This document shows, piece after piece, positions 1-8,294 of a DNA stretch of 55,469 bases. The stretch covers positions 1 to 55,469 of IMG/VR virus record IMGVR_UViG_3300050121_000180. One strand, written 5' to 3'. Under the pieces are notes generated by a model, which made no database searches, was not told where the DNA came from, and worked only from the letters and a program-made list of their open reading frames with translations. This stretch comes from a virus (lineage: Duplodnaviria > Caudoviricetes). Numbering within the stretch: position 1 is the stretch's first letter; every line of letters begins with the position of its first letter. The position numbers and the translations under genes are program-made.

Positions 1-127
1 ACGGGTTATTACGTTATTTTCTTTGTGAAAGGGTAATTAAGATGAAGTTATCTAAAATGGATAAATTGAAAATCCGTGCAATATTTATGAGCTTAATTGC
101 TCTTGGTGTTTTAGTTCTAACATTTGC
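1..127. repeat. Terminal direct repeat, identical to 55343-55469 (circular assembly overlap)
   Basis: First 127 nt are identical to the last 127 nt; 127 is a common assembler k-mer size, and an ORF runs through the junction. Confidence 0.95.
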
Positions 128-149
128 TAAATACATTGACGGAGTATAA
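42..149 (+). CDS. Small membrane protein (35 aa)
   Basis: Hand-translated MKLSKMDKLKIRAIFMSLIALGVLVLTFAKYIDGV; one hydrophobic helix; tightly packed with neighbours. Confidence 0.55.
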   Translation: MKLSKMDKLKIRAIFMSLIALGVLVLTFAKYIDGV

Positions 150-150
150 A

Positions 151-297
151 ATGAACCGTAAGCTCAAAGTAAAATTAGCTAGGCTTACACATAAGGAATC
201 ATGCGCTCATATACGTGCAAGACTAAAACGGGAGCTTCATAAGTTAGCTGGGGCGGGAAGGGCGTATAACTTGTTTTCCCAAGGTAACGGCTATTAA
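151..297 (+). CDS. Small basic hypothetical protein (48 aa)
   Basis: GGAG RBS at 141-144; MNRKLKVKLARLTHKESCAHIRARLKRELHK...; followed by a terminator. Confidence 0.55.
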   Translation: MNRKLKVKLARLTHKESCAHIRARLKRELHKLAGAGRAYNLFSQGNGY

Positions 298-320
298 CAT
301 TATGCAGCTTGTTTTAACGT

Positions 321-341
321 GGAGCCTTAGGGCTCCTTTTT
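321..341 (+). terminator. Rho-independent terminator
   Basis: GGAGCC-TTAG-GGCTCC followed by TTTTT. Confidence 0.8.
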
Positions 342-467
342 ATTGACCAAAATGTGGTCTAATTAGTTAAAGTTATGCGGGGTAACGTACAGAACTGTTT
401 TAGCTCAAAAGTTAAAGTTGCATATCGATTGCAATAATGCAGTCAACTTAAATACTGGAGAACTAAA

Positions 468-731
468 ATGAGTTATTTATTAATTAATAACAGCACTAAC
501 AAAACGGTTAAGGTTTCAGCCCACAAATTAACTAAGGAACTTCTGAAGCTTGTTTCCCCTGCTGCAAAGCCCGTTTCAACTGTTCAAAAATGCAAAGCTA
601 TATTTGCTTCCATGGCTGGGGCAAGTAGGCAGGAAGTGTTGAAAGCAGCTAAGAAAGCGGGTATAAACCTTAATACAGCTTCAACGCAATTTTACAAATG
701 GGTTAAAGCGGAAGAAGGCGTTCATACTTAA
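468..731 (+). CDS. Putative DNA-binding protein, paralog family member 1
   Basis: CTGGAGAA RBS; C-terminal SRQEVLKAAKKAGINLNTASTQFYKW matches ORFs 16273, 16943 and 17649. Confidence 0.8.
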   Translation: MSYLLINNSTNKTVKVSAHKLTKELLKLVSPAAKPVSTVQKCKAIFASMAGASRQEVLKAAKKAGINLNTASTQFYKWVKAEEGVHT

Positions 732-733
732 CT

Positions 734-810
734 AAAAAAAACAGCCTACGCTGGAGAAGGACGTAGGCTGTTGAAATAAACCATTCAGAGGGGAGATGAA
801 TGGTTTATTT
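734..810. terminator. Back-to-back hairpins terminating convergent genes, with purine-rich (+) / C-U-rich (-) loops
   Basis: Stem 740-750/762-772 with loop CTGGAGAAGGA and A-run 734-741 (U-tail on -); stem 774-787/797-810 with loop GAGGGGAGA. Confidence 0.8.
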
Positions 811-1188
811 AATTGTCACAATACCCTTCACAAACGCTTCAATCTTTGCAACCAAGTCTTTTGGTAAATCATAATTGGAGCCCATGTGGACAGCCCCGTT
901 CATAAACGTCACGTCAAATAAACCAAAAGCTTTTGCTTCAGGGAACTTAGCTAACACTTTCGAAAGGCTGATTGATTCGGAAGCGTCAGAAGTATAAGCC
1001 TTAGAACGCTTCTGCAATTCTGCGAGTAAACTTGCTAACTGAGCATCGCTTTTACCAGCAAATTTTTCTTTTGTGTAACCTAATTCAAGCTGCTTGCTAA
1101 TCTTTAAGATTTGGTCAATTTGTTGAGAGCTGTCTTTCGTCTTCCCAGCTTGCCTTGCATTTAAATGAATATGAATTACTTTTGCCAT
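805..1188 (-). CDS. Hypothetical protein with N-terminal IHIHLN..KTKD motif; candidate internal head protein
   Basis: AGGGG RBS and extended -10 (TGTTATACT) upstream; motif shared with the scaffold and ORF 41465. Confidence 0.75.
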   Translation of the reverse strand: MAKVIHIHLNARQAGKTKDSSQQIDQILKISKQLELGYTKEKFAGKSDAQLASLLAELQKRSKAYTSDASESISLSKVLAKFPEAKAFGLFDVTFMNGAVHMGSNYDLPKDLVAKIEAFVKGIVTIK

Positions 1189-1246
1189 TTTTAACCCCTT
1201 TAGAGTTATTGTTTAGTTTGATTAGTATAACATAGTTTTCTAATTT

Positions 1247-2614
1247 TTATTTTGTGTAATCGACCCAGCCATCGGTTACAGACCAACCGCCCGCTACAGT
1301 TAATTGCAAGTTATTCTTTCCCGCTGTGCCAATTAATTGTAGTTCTACTGTAGCAGGAGACCCACCAATTGTGTACCCCGTAGCAGTAAACCTGCTTATA
1401 CCATTAGTAAATGTTGTTTCATAATGTAACAGTTTTGATACACTGCTACCTGCTGTTAGTGCGGCTGGTAGTGTCGCTCCAAAATACGTCCGATAAACAG
1501 TGCCATATATACCCCCATACTGCTCTGGAGATACCTCTTCCAAGTTAATAACACTTCTAGGCGCTAACCTAGGTAACGCTAGTACCGCCACATTAGGATG
1601 CACCCGATTGTTAGAAGCTGCGCCAGTTGCATACGGCAGGAATGTAACAGAGTCCATGTACACGTAAGCCAAACCCGTAGCAGGGCCTTCAATTGCATAT
1701 CCTAGTGACCACAACCCCGTTGCTATAGATGTACCTGAAGGAGTGCCTACCAGCGTTGCTGTAACAACCGTAGAACTTGTAAACGCTGTTATAGCCGCAT
1801 AGGCATACATACCGGCTGCACCGTTAGATGGTAAGCAAAACGTACGGCCAACGTCGGTAGATTTGAATCCTGCTCCAGTTCCGCCCGTAACGGTTACACT
1901 ACCAGTTGTTCCAGATAATGTAAGCGCTACAGCACCGAGTGGAATCTGAAAGTTTGTTTCACCAATAATAGCAACCGCACCGCTATCTAATCTGATACCA
2001 GAACTATTAACTGCGATATTAGTAACCTGACTCTGTGCAATTGCTAGTGAACCAGTAGAGGCCACGTGAATTGCTTCATCGCCATTTGCGTCAATTTCAG
2101 ACTCGCCTCCAATTGTTAGTGAGGCTCCTGCGCTAACTCGTGCAACTTGCCCTTGTGCGTTAACAGAAGTCTCCATGTCAGAGATATGTACGGCACCATT
2201 AGTTACATCAATGCAGTAGTTATCACCAGTGCTTGCTGTCTGAGCTATATGCAGCCCATCAATCTCTATGTATGACCCCGTACCAGTATTGTCCGCTAAT
2301 AATGCCGCTACTCCGGCTCCTGCGCTAGATAGCCACATATCAGATAAAAATAGTCTTTGTGGATTAGCGCCAGTGAACTGTACTGCATTATTCGCACCAC
2401 CTGAGATTGACAGTGACTTCAATGAAAAGTGATTGTTAGTTAACGCGCTTCCGCTAGCATCTGCACCGTTAAAGGTAAATTTACCAGATACAACAAGAGG
2501 AGAATGTGTGCCTGAACTGTTATTTCCAGTGATAAATAAACCACCTTGAGTCATAGCTACAGTTTCACTCATAGGGCTGTTAATTCCCGCCCATGCTGGG
2601 ATTGGGATAGGCAT
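1247..2614 (-). CDS. Beta-helix (pectin-lyase-like) tailspike- or adhesin-like protein
   Basis: 455 aa rich in G/S/T/A/N with beta-strand repeats; own promoter; visibly more GC-rich than its neighbours. Confidence 0.6.
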   Translation of the reverse strand: MPIPIPAWAGINSPMSETVAMTQGGLFITGNNSSGTHSPLVVSGKFTFNGADASGSALTNNHFSLKSLSISGGANNAVQFTGANPQRLFLSDMWLSSAGAGVAALLADNTGTGSYIEIDGLHIAQTASTGDNYCIDVTNGAVHISDMETSVNAQGQVARVSAGASLTIGGESEIDANGDEAIHVASTGSLAIAQSQVTNIAVNSSGIRLDSGAVAIIGETNFQIPLGAVALTLSGTTGSVTVTGGTGAGFKSTDVGRTFCLPSNGAAGMYAYAAITAFTSSTVVTATLVGTPSGTSIATGLWSLGYAIEGPATGLAYVYMDSVTFLPYATGAASNNRVHPNVAVLALPRLAPRSVINLEEVSPEQYGGIYGTVYRTYFGATLPAALTAGSSVSKLLHYETTFTNGISRFTATGYTIGGSPATVELQLIGTAGKNNLQLTVAGGWSVTDGWVDYTK

Positions 2615-2647
2615 AGCGTGAATCCTAATGTATTGAAATTAGAAAAA

Positions 2648-2676
2648 AGCATACGCTAAGAAAAGCTGCAAAGCAA
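2648..2676 (-). promoter_or_regulatory. sigma70-type promoter for ORF 2614
   Basis: TTGCTT-17 bp-TATGCT on the - strand. Confidence 0.6.
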
Positions 2677-2687
2677 ATGATGTTTTA

Positions 2688-3041
2688 CAAAGAAAAGCGC
2701 CCTAAACGGGGAGGGCGAATAGGGCGCTTTGATGCCTTCCGCCAGCTCTATGAACAAACGCGAAAGGACTTAATAAAACCAAGATAAGTAACCTTTAGGA
2801 GAAACTCAACTTGGAAACAGATGGGCTAATGATAGTCCCTGTTTTTATAATTGGTGCCTACGCATCGAAAGAATTTTTAACGACTAGCGTTGCGTAGGGC
2901 TTTGTTTAGTTTCCCTGTTACCAGTTAAACCACAGTAGGTTACCAATCTCCTACCATTTTAACCTTCGAAATTAAGCGAAGGTTGGGTGCGGGTCACTAA
3001 TCCCCATTACGCTCCAAGACTTTACGTCATTTGCGAAGTGA
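2688..3041 (-). ncRNA. Candidate ~350-nt structured non-coding RNA
   Basis: Only very short ORFs seen; promoter at 3048-3076; series of hairpins; ends in hairpin 2694-2730 followed by UUUUCUUU. Confidence 0.6.
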
Positions 3042-3047
3042 AATTGC

Positions 3048-3076
3048 ATATTACATTAAGATTGTTTATTGGGCAA
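3048..3076 (-). promoter_or_regulatory. sigma70-type promoter driving the candidate ncRNA
   Basis: TTGCCC-17 bp-TAATAT on the - strand. Confidence 0.65.
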
Positions 3077-3090
3077 ATATTTTATTGACC

Positions 3091-3283
3091 CTATGGAAGT
3101 TTCCTTGCATCCCTGCATCGCCCGCAAGCTTTATTGACAAGGCGGGAAAAGGTTTCTCCACAATAAAAACATTCACCCACTTCCCCCAATTGGAATCTTG
3201 CTTGCTGCATCCCTAAGGTTTTGAACGGTTGTATCCCGTTGCAAGCTTTCATTCATTTCAGCTATATCTAATTCATCAGGCAT
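3091..3283 (-). pseudogene. TraR/DksA-like C4 zinc-finger gene with a 1-nt frameshift in a G5 run
   Basis: Removing one G from the run at 3183-3187 gives MPDELDIAEMNESLQRDTTVQNLRDAASKIPIGEVGECFYCGETFSRLVNKACGRCRDARKLP (D-x-x-D-x-A N-terminus, CxxC...CxxC). Confidence 0.7.
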
Positions 3284-3316
3284 GTGAGCTTTCGTTGTTA
3301 GGTTTGGGGGAGTATA

Positions 3317-3544
3317 TTAAACTTTGCTAGTTTGTGCAAGTTCCGCAATGGTTGTGGTTGGCAGGGTTGATAGAAAGTTTAAGTACCTTAAAGACCAAAG
3401 TTTCATTCTGTCCATCATCAGTGCATCCTCAATATTTGAAAATGTCATAGGGTATAGTTTGTAATATGCAAAGCTAACTAAGTCAGTTAAATATTGTTTT
3501 TCAAACTGCAATTCTTCAATCTGAGCGTCAATTGCTTTTTTCAT
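3317..3544 (-). CDS. Hypothetical protein
   Basis: Start/stop overlap with the upstream ORF in a packed - strand operon. Confidence 0.65.
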   Translation of the reverse strand: MKKAIDAQIEELQFEKQYLTDLVSFAYYKLYPMTFSNIEDALMMDRMKLWSLRYLNFLSTLPTTTIAELAQTSKV

Positions 3545-3786
3545 ACCGTTTCCTTATCATTCTGTGGTGTGGGGAGTGCTGGTAATGGTTGCCAGTGTGT
3601 GACAAAATGCTTATATACAAATATATTCATTCCATTATCATGCCAATCCCATTCTTCTGAAAAATTAGACTTTTTTCGGTTATATATTCGTATTGGATTT
3701 ACCTTAGTTCCAACCTTACATAAAACTAACTCAAGCATATCTGGCAACCTATCATCCACACTAATCCAAGCCTGTTTACTTTTCAT
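3541..3786 (-). CDS. DUF551-like phage protein
   Basis: WISVDDRLP...VTHWQPLPALP signature. Confidence 0.8.
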   Translation of the reverse strand: MKSKQAWISVDDRLPDMLELVLCKVGTKVNPIRIYNRKKSNFSEEWDWHDNGMNIFVYKHFVTHWQPLPALPTPQNDKETV

Positions 3787-4012
3787 TATGTTCCCTTACA
3801 GGTCGTTTAATAAGCTCAACAATTGAATAATGACAATCATGGTCTTTCATAAATTTAACAGTTTTATTTGCACCTTCAATAGTTTCTTCTACAGATACAA
3901 TTGTGCCCATATCTTCCAATCCGTATATTACCTGTAAATCATAAATATCTGCCAATTCATCCAGCAGCTCGGCAATCTTTTGGTCACGTTCTTGAAGTAT
4001 TTTCAACATCAT
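3776..4012 (-). CDS. Hypothetical protein
   Basis: Packed operon, AAGGA RBS. Confidence 0.65.
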   Translation of the reverse strand: MMLKILQERDQKIAELLDELADIYDLQVIYGLEDMGTIVSVEETIEGANKTVKFMKDHDCHYSIVELIKRPVREHNEK

Positions 4013-4173
4013 TTGTCCTTATGATACATTTTAGCATTTTCGCACTTGATACAAATATTCTTACAATTCATGTTTGAAGTATGCCTAAATTTGTTTAACG
4101 GTTTGTCTATATGGCAATTAGAGCATGTTTTTCTAGTTGCCACAACTATTTGATTGACCAACTGACTAAGCAT
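4009..4173 (-). CDS. Small zinc-ribbon protein (54 aa)
   Basis: Hand-translated ...KTCSNCHIDKPLNKF...NICIKCEN...; fills a gap in the operon. Confidence 0.6.
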   Translation of the reverse strand: MLSQLVNQIVVATRKTCSNCHIDKPLNKFRHTSNMNCKNICIKCENAKMYHKDK

Positions 4174-4339
4174 TTTGGATTCTTTCGTATTTTACATAAA
4201 CGCCACGTTTGCCCCAGTATTCAAACTTATCCCAATCAGGTTCTAATCCAAACTTTGCAGCGCATTCAATTCCAAACAGGTAAGCTCTAAACCACCTGTG
4301 ATAGTGAACTGTGAATTTAATTTTTAGTTTTTCTGTCAT
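4166..4339 (-). CDS. Hypothetical protein (57 aa)
   Basis: Hand-translated MTEKLKIKFTVHYHRWFRAYLFG...; overlaps both neighbours. Confidence 0.55.
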   Translation of the reverse strand: MTEKLKIKFTVHYHRWFRAYLFGIECAAKFGLEPDWDKFEYWGKRGVYVKYERIQNA

Positions 4340-4581
4340 TATACAACCCTTAATTCAAACAGCATATTATTTTCATCATAGTCCACAATAAAGTCTGCTT
4401 CGCAAACAGGGCATTCAACGTCACAGTTTGTATTCGCAGGCAGCTTGTTTTCTTTTGCTTCAAGCCTCTTGCAAAGTTCCATGATAATTTCAGAGCTTTG
4501 CGCTTTTTCCTCAAAAAGGGAAATAAGTTCCGTATCGCTGAAGTGATTATATTTTGTCTGTAACATTTCCAAATCTCCCAT
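4339..4581 (-). CDS. Hypothetical protein with CPVC zinc knuckle
   Basis: VECPVCEADF motif. Confidence 0.65.
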   Translation of the reverse strand: MGDLEMLQTKYNHFSDTELISLFEEKAQSSEIIMELCKRLEAKENKLPANTNCDVECPVCEADFIVDYDENNMLFELRVV

Positions 4582-4846
4582 AAGCAGAACTCAATCTTAA
4601 TTTAAGCATTGCTTTATCACTTTCAAAGGAATGAGTAAATAGTTGCTCTTTCCGTAAACATACTTGAGCAGCTAAACCTTCATAGCGTACAACGTTTATT
4701 AAATCCAAGTGACGAAGGATTGAAAAACGCAATTCACGTACACGACTTATTTCAGCTGCGAAGCATTCGTCACGAGCATTTAGAATTGACGGAGATAAGT
4801 TGTGATGCCAAGGTGTTTGAGTTTGACTTAATTTTTCAAAAGGCAT
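4547..4846 (-). CDS. Hypothetical protein
   Basis: Packed operon. Confidence 0.6.
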   Translation of the reverse strand: MPFEKLSQTQTPWHHNLSPSILNARDECFAAEISRVRELRFSILRHLDLINVVRYEGLAAQVCLRKEQLFTHSFESDKAMLKLRLSSAYGRFGNVTDKI

Positions 4847-4986
4847 TATTTAAAATCCTTCCATAAATCTAAGAGTACGCGGCAGGCTATCCCAAAAGTT
4901 AAATATGCTAGAATTGCTGACCAAATAAATGGGACAAGTATAAATCTAATAAACTTTGGAACAAAACGTTTGTAGTATGTTTTCAT
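4846..4986 (-). CDS. Small membrane protein (46 aa)
   Basis: Hand-translated MKTYYKRFVPKFIRFILVPFIWSAILAYLTFGIACRVLLDLWKDFK. Confidence 0.5.
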   Translation of the reverse strand: MKTYYKRFVPKFIRFILVPFIWSAILAYLTFGIACRVLLDLWKDFK

Positions 4987-4991
4987 AAAAT

Positions 4992-5483
4992 CTAATCCTT
5001 AGGTGGAGCAGGGGGCCAGCGTTTAATTTCTATGCCTTGCTGTTTTGATTTAATCAATAACATAGTTTCTACTTTGTTTGCAAACCAGTCAAGGAAATCT
5101 TCGATGTTAAAATCAACTCTTATGATACTGTGGCCACTGGCGATATCGTTGCCGTAAATTAGAGCGCCGTGTGTTTGGCATCTCCATTTCCTCCCGTTCT
5201 GCCTATACAACAAAATAGTTGTTTGCCCTTTTTTTGTAGCTGCTCTACTCTGTTCCCACCATTTATCTAAATCTAAAGTCTCTTGACGTTTGATTTCGAG
5301 CGCCATCCATTCAAGTCCAGCTATATCACTTCCACCTTTATTACATTGCAGCGTATTCCGCTCTAACAATGGTATTTCCTCCATATCATAAACCTTATAG
5401 ATTTTGTCCACAATAGGTTGCAGCATTCGAACAATTTCCCGTTCGGCGTTTGCTCCCTTGTTACGTGATTGGTTACCCGCCAT
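4992..5483 (-). CDS. Holliday-junction resolvase-like PD-(D/E)XK nuclease
   Basis: SRNKGANAERE N-terminus, GSDI...ALEIKRQE catalytic motif, WWEQ. Confidence 0.85.
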   Translation of the reverse strand: MAGNQSRNKGANAEREIVRMLQPIVDKIYKVYDMEEIPLLERNTLQCNKGGSDIAGLEWMALEIKRQETLDLDKWWEQSRAATKKGQTTILLYRQNGRKWRCQTHGALIYGNDIASGHSIIRVDFNIEDFLDWFANKVETMLLIKSKQQGIEIKRWPPAPPKD

Positions 5484-5748
5484 AATTTGTCACCTCGTAT
5501 AAATCATTTGCTAATCGTAATCTTATTCTAACTTTAACTTCAGGGTTTTCAATCCCTATTTCTAATTTCCTTTTGTTAGCCCATTCAAAACATTGTTGCA
5601 GTGATAACTTTACAACTAAGTCTGAATCATTACTTCCATAATTTACTTGCCCGTTAGAATAATGTCTTTCTCTTGTAAACTTATTAAATCCGCCCATCCC
5701 ATCTCTTGCAAATATATCTAAAACAACTAAATCAACACTTGGCAACAT
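5473..5748 (-). CDS. Hypothetical protein
   Basis: AAGGA RBS; first gene left of the origin-like region. Confidence 0.65.
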   Translation of the reverse strand: MLPSVDLVVLDIFARDGMGGFNKFTRERHYSNGQVNYGSNDSDLVVKLSLQQCFEWANKRKLEIGIENPEVKVRIRLRLANDLYEVTNYGG

Positions 5749-5777
5749 AATAATATCCTTAAATTAGAGCTTTCACT

Positions 5778-6018
5778 TAGTAACATAATAGTAACGTAAA
5801 ATATATATATAAAACAACATAGTAACGTAAGTAACGTAGTAACGTAATGGTATAAAATTATTTATGTGTACGTAAGAATTTAACACTTAATCTACTCCAT
5901 TATTTTTATACTGTTATTTACTACTATATACCGTTCCTTCGTTACTAACCACTTTATCGTTTAAAAACAACAACTTAACCCCGTTCCTAAGCGTTACTAA
6001 AGGAACGCTTAGGTAACA
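5778..6018. repeat. Putative replication origin: AGTAACGTA iterons, AT-rich core, inverted copies and hairpin
   Basis: AGTAACGTA at 5790, 5821, 5830 and 5838 (AGTAACATA at 5779); inverted CGTTACT at 5940 and 5992; stem CCTAAGCGTT 5986-5995 / AACGCTTAGG 6004-6013; directly downstream of prim-pol. Confidence 0.7.
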
Positions 6019-6021
6019 ATT

Positions 6022-8283
6022 TCACTTAAAACTTCCAATTGCATAAGCAATTCCTGTAAAATTGAAAGTATTCTTCAAAGTTATTTTATCAATTTCCACT
6101 AACATTCCACTTTCTACCATTACTTTCAAAGTACGGTCTAAAATTGCTACAGCCCCGCCCCCTGATTTATCATTCTTAAAAGCTGCTCTATTATTAACCC
6201 TTCTTGTGTAATATAATTTTGGAATAATTTTAGCTTCAAATAGATTTTCTTTCACGTTATACGTTTCCAATTGTTTTGCAGTTGAATTTAAATATTCTTT
6301 CGTTATTTTTTCTAAATCAAACAAATGTTTGGAAGCGCCTTCGCCAATATCCCCTGTCTTAAATTTTTGCGTAACAATAGCAACGTCATTCTCCGCAAAG
6401 CGTATGCCCCAAGCAGCTTCTTCCGCGTTAATTACAGGCGCATAAGGGTTTATGCCTATTGCAATAAGTGAAGCTGTTTTTTTAGCTTTAATATGCGAAC
6501 GATTCCATAACTCCGCAACATAACCTTCCGGGTTTTCGTTAACAATTTTATCAATTTTAGAACTAAACTCCCTAAACAGTTTTTCAGCTGCTTCACTAAT
6601 AGTTACATTATTAACCGTTTTGTTAACTGAATTAGTAAGCGCAATTGAAAGCAGACTTCCAATCTTAGCTAATAATTCTTTAGGCGGGGGTTGGCCTGCG
6701 TTTGGGTTATCGGGAACCCGAATCCCTTCATATTGAATAATTGAAAAACGAGGGATAAGCCCGTCAGCGATTTGCTGTTCGTCTAAGTTGTTATAAAATA
6801 TTTCGGGCGTACTTTCGCCTAATATTGTTAAAGCTGGAGATTGTACTTCAGCAGTATTTTTTTCGGAATCGCTATACGCGGAAGTTCCTAGCCAATCATT
6901 AGCGCCAGACTTACCGTATAAATCTAATAAGGAACGTTTAAGCGACTTGCTTGCAGAATTTGCACGTGCGTCATTCATTTCCTGCAATGTATAACCAATT
7001 TCCCCCATGATTGAGAATACGCAGGGTTTTGTGGACAAAGAACGAATTAATGCAGGACCTGAACTAAAAACTACAGGGCCGACAAATTGAGTTATTAATG
7101 GAATAGTTGGGCGTAACGCTGAAACTATACGGTTAATACCTGCGGTTGCCCCATCTTTGCCTCGACCTGTTCCAGCTAACAAAACAATATACAAATTTAA
7201 ACCTTGGCTGGATACATTAAAAGCGCGTCCTGCAATTCCAGCCATAAACGCCATTGCTCCAGCTAATGCAATTTCATGTACAGGTTTAAAAGATGTTTCA
7301 AATATATAATTTGTTAATTCACCTAATAACCCTTGGGGTGTTGTATAAGTGGAACTATGAGGGGTTAGTTTCGTTGGTTTTAAATTAGAAGTTGGAGCAG
7401 GCATTAAAGGCTCTGGCTTTTTCATAATAGCTTCAGCATTCCGCTTAACAGCGTCGAAGTCAATTGGGGCGGGCTCGTTAGCGCGAATTTTGTTTAACAT
7501 TCCGTACTTGCCTATAAAATAAGAATCGCGTTGCGCTTTATCTCTTTTGCCTAACTTACTCATACGGAATAGCCGTATAACTTGCTCGTTGTCTTTTGAA
7601 TAAAATGCGATTATTGAAAGTAATGCAAAGTCAGCTTCACTTTGGCTGGGATAAATGCCTTGCCATTCTCCGTTGCAAAGCGTGATATACTTTTCACCGT
7701 TAACTGCATTGGAAGCACGTTCACAAATTTCAATATCGGAATAGTCCCCGTCAATTTGTTCCAAGTCGACAATGTTAACAGGTTGCATTTCCACATACAT
7801 TACGTCTAATAACTCTTGGCGCTCTTCAATTGGAATATTCCGAATAGCATTGCCAGTGCAAATCATGTACCGGCCTTCGGAATAAATTTCCACATGCGAG
7901 CGGTGAACGCCGCGGGGAATTTTGCCTTTTACAATAATGTGAACACCACGACCAGAAGTGGATAATTCTGTATAGCTATTGAAAGCATTTATGATTTGCC
8001 CAAAGCGTACTTTATCTTCATCGCTTGCTGGATTAGATAGTTTGTCATCCAAGTCGATGAATGTATAAGGGTCGTCTTTAGTAATTACGAAGCCGATTGC
8101 AGGGCTACCTGTTTTTACTGCTTCTTCAAAGCTACCCCATGTTGCTGGATTAGTTACATCGGCAAATTGCCCGGTGCGGGGATTTAATGGAAACTTCTTT
8201 GGCTCGCCTGCTTCGTTCAATGTCATGTCTGCGACAATCCATTGGTTAAGCTGCCTAAGCTCTATTGGAAAATTATTAAGCAT
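6022..8283 (-). CDS. Primase-polymerase (AEP) fused to a DUF3987-like helicase/NTPase
   Basis: FIDLDD, YTELSTSGRGVHIIV, EIYSEGRY and SQSEADFAL primase motifs; Walker A LAGTGRGKD. Confidence 0.9.
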   Translation of the reverse strand: MLNNFPIELRQLNQWIVADMTLNEAGEPKKFPLNPRTGQFADVTNPATWGSFEEAVKTGSPAIGFVITKDDPYTFIDLDDKLSNPASDEDKVRFGQIINAFNSYTELSTSGRGVHIIVKGKIPRGVHRSHVEIYSEGRYMICTGNAIRNIPIEERQELLDVMYVEMQPVNIVDLEQIDGDYSDIEICERASNAVNGEKYITLCNGEWQGIYPSQSEADFALLSIIAFYSKDNEQVIRLFRMSKLGKRDKAQRDSYFIGKYGMLNKIRANEPAPIDFDAVKRNAEAIMKKPEPLMPAPTSNLKPTKLTPHSSTYTTPQGLLGELTNYIFETSFKPVHEIALAGAMAFMAGIAGRAFNVSSQGLNLYIVLLAGTGRGKDGATAGINRIVSALRPTIPLITQFVGPVVFSSGPALIRSLSTKPCVFSIMGEIGYTLQEMNDARANSASKSLKRSLLDLYGKSGANDWLGTSAYSDSEKNTAEVQSPALTILGESTPEIFYNNLDEQQIADGLIPRFSIIQYEGIRVPDNPNAGQPPPKELLAKIGSLLSIALTNSVNKTVNNVTISEAAEKLFREFSSKIDKIVNENPEGYVAELWNRSHIKAKKTASLIAIGINPYAPVINAEEAAWGIRFAENDVAIVTQKFKTGDIGEGASKHLFDLEKITKEYLNSTAKQLETYNVKENLFEAKIIPKLYYTRRVNNRAAFKNDKSGGGAVAILDRTLKVMVESGMLVEIDKITLKNTFNFTGIAYAIGSFK

Positions 8284-8294
8284 TTAGGCTGCCT

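Noticed and set aside
2852-2900. tRNA gene (- strand stem ending TTCGA...CACCA)
   Set aside because: Only about 50 nt with no D or anticodon arms; treated as one hairpin of the candidate ncRNA
3031-3216. ORF 3031-3216 (+)
   Set aside because: Antisense to the TraR-like pseudogene and the ncRNA promoter; no RBS
5778-5846. AGTAACGTA repeats as a mini-CRISPR
   Set aside because: The 9-bp units are adjacent or irregularly spaced with no unique spacers; this fits iterons
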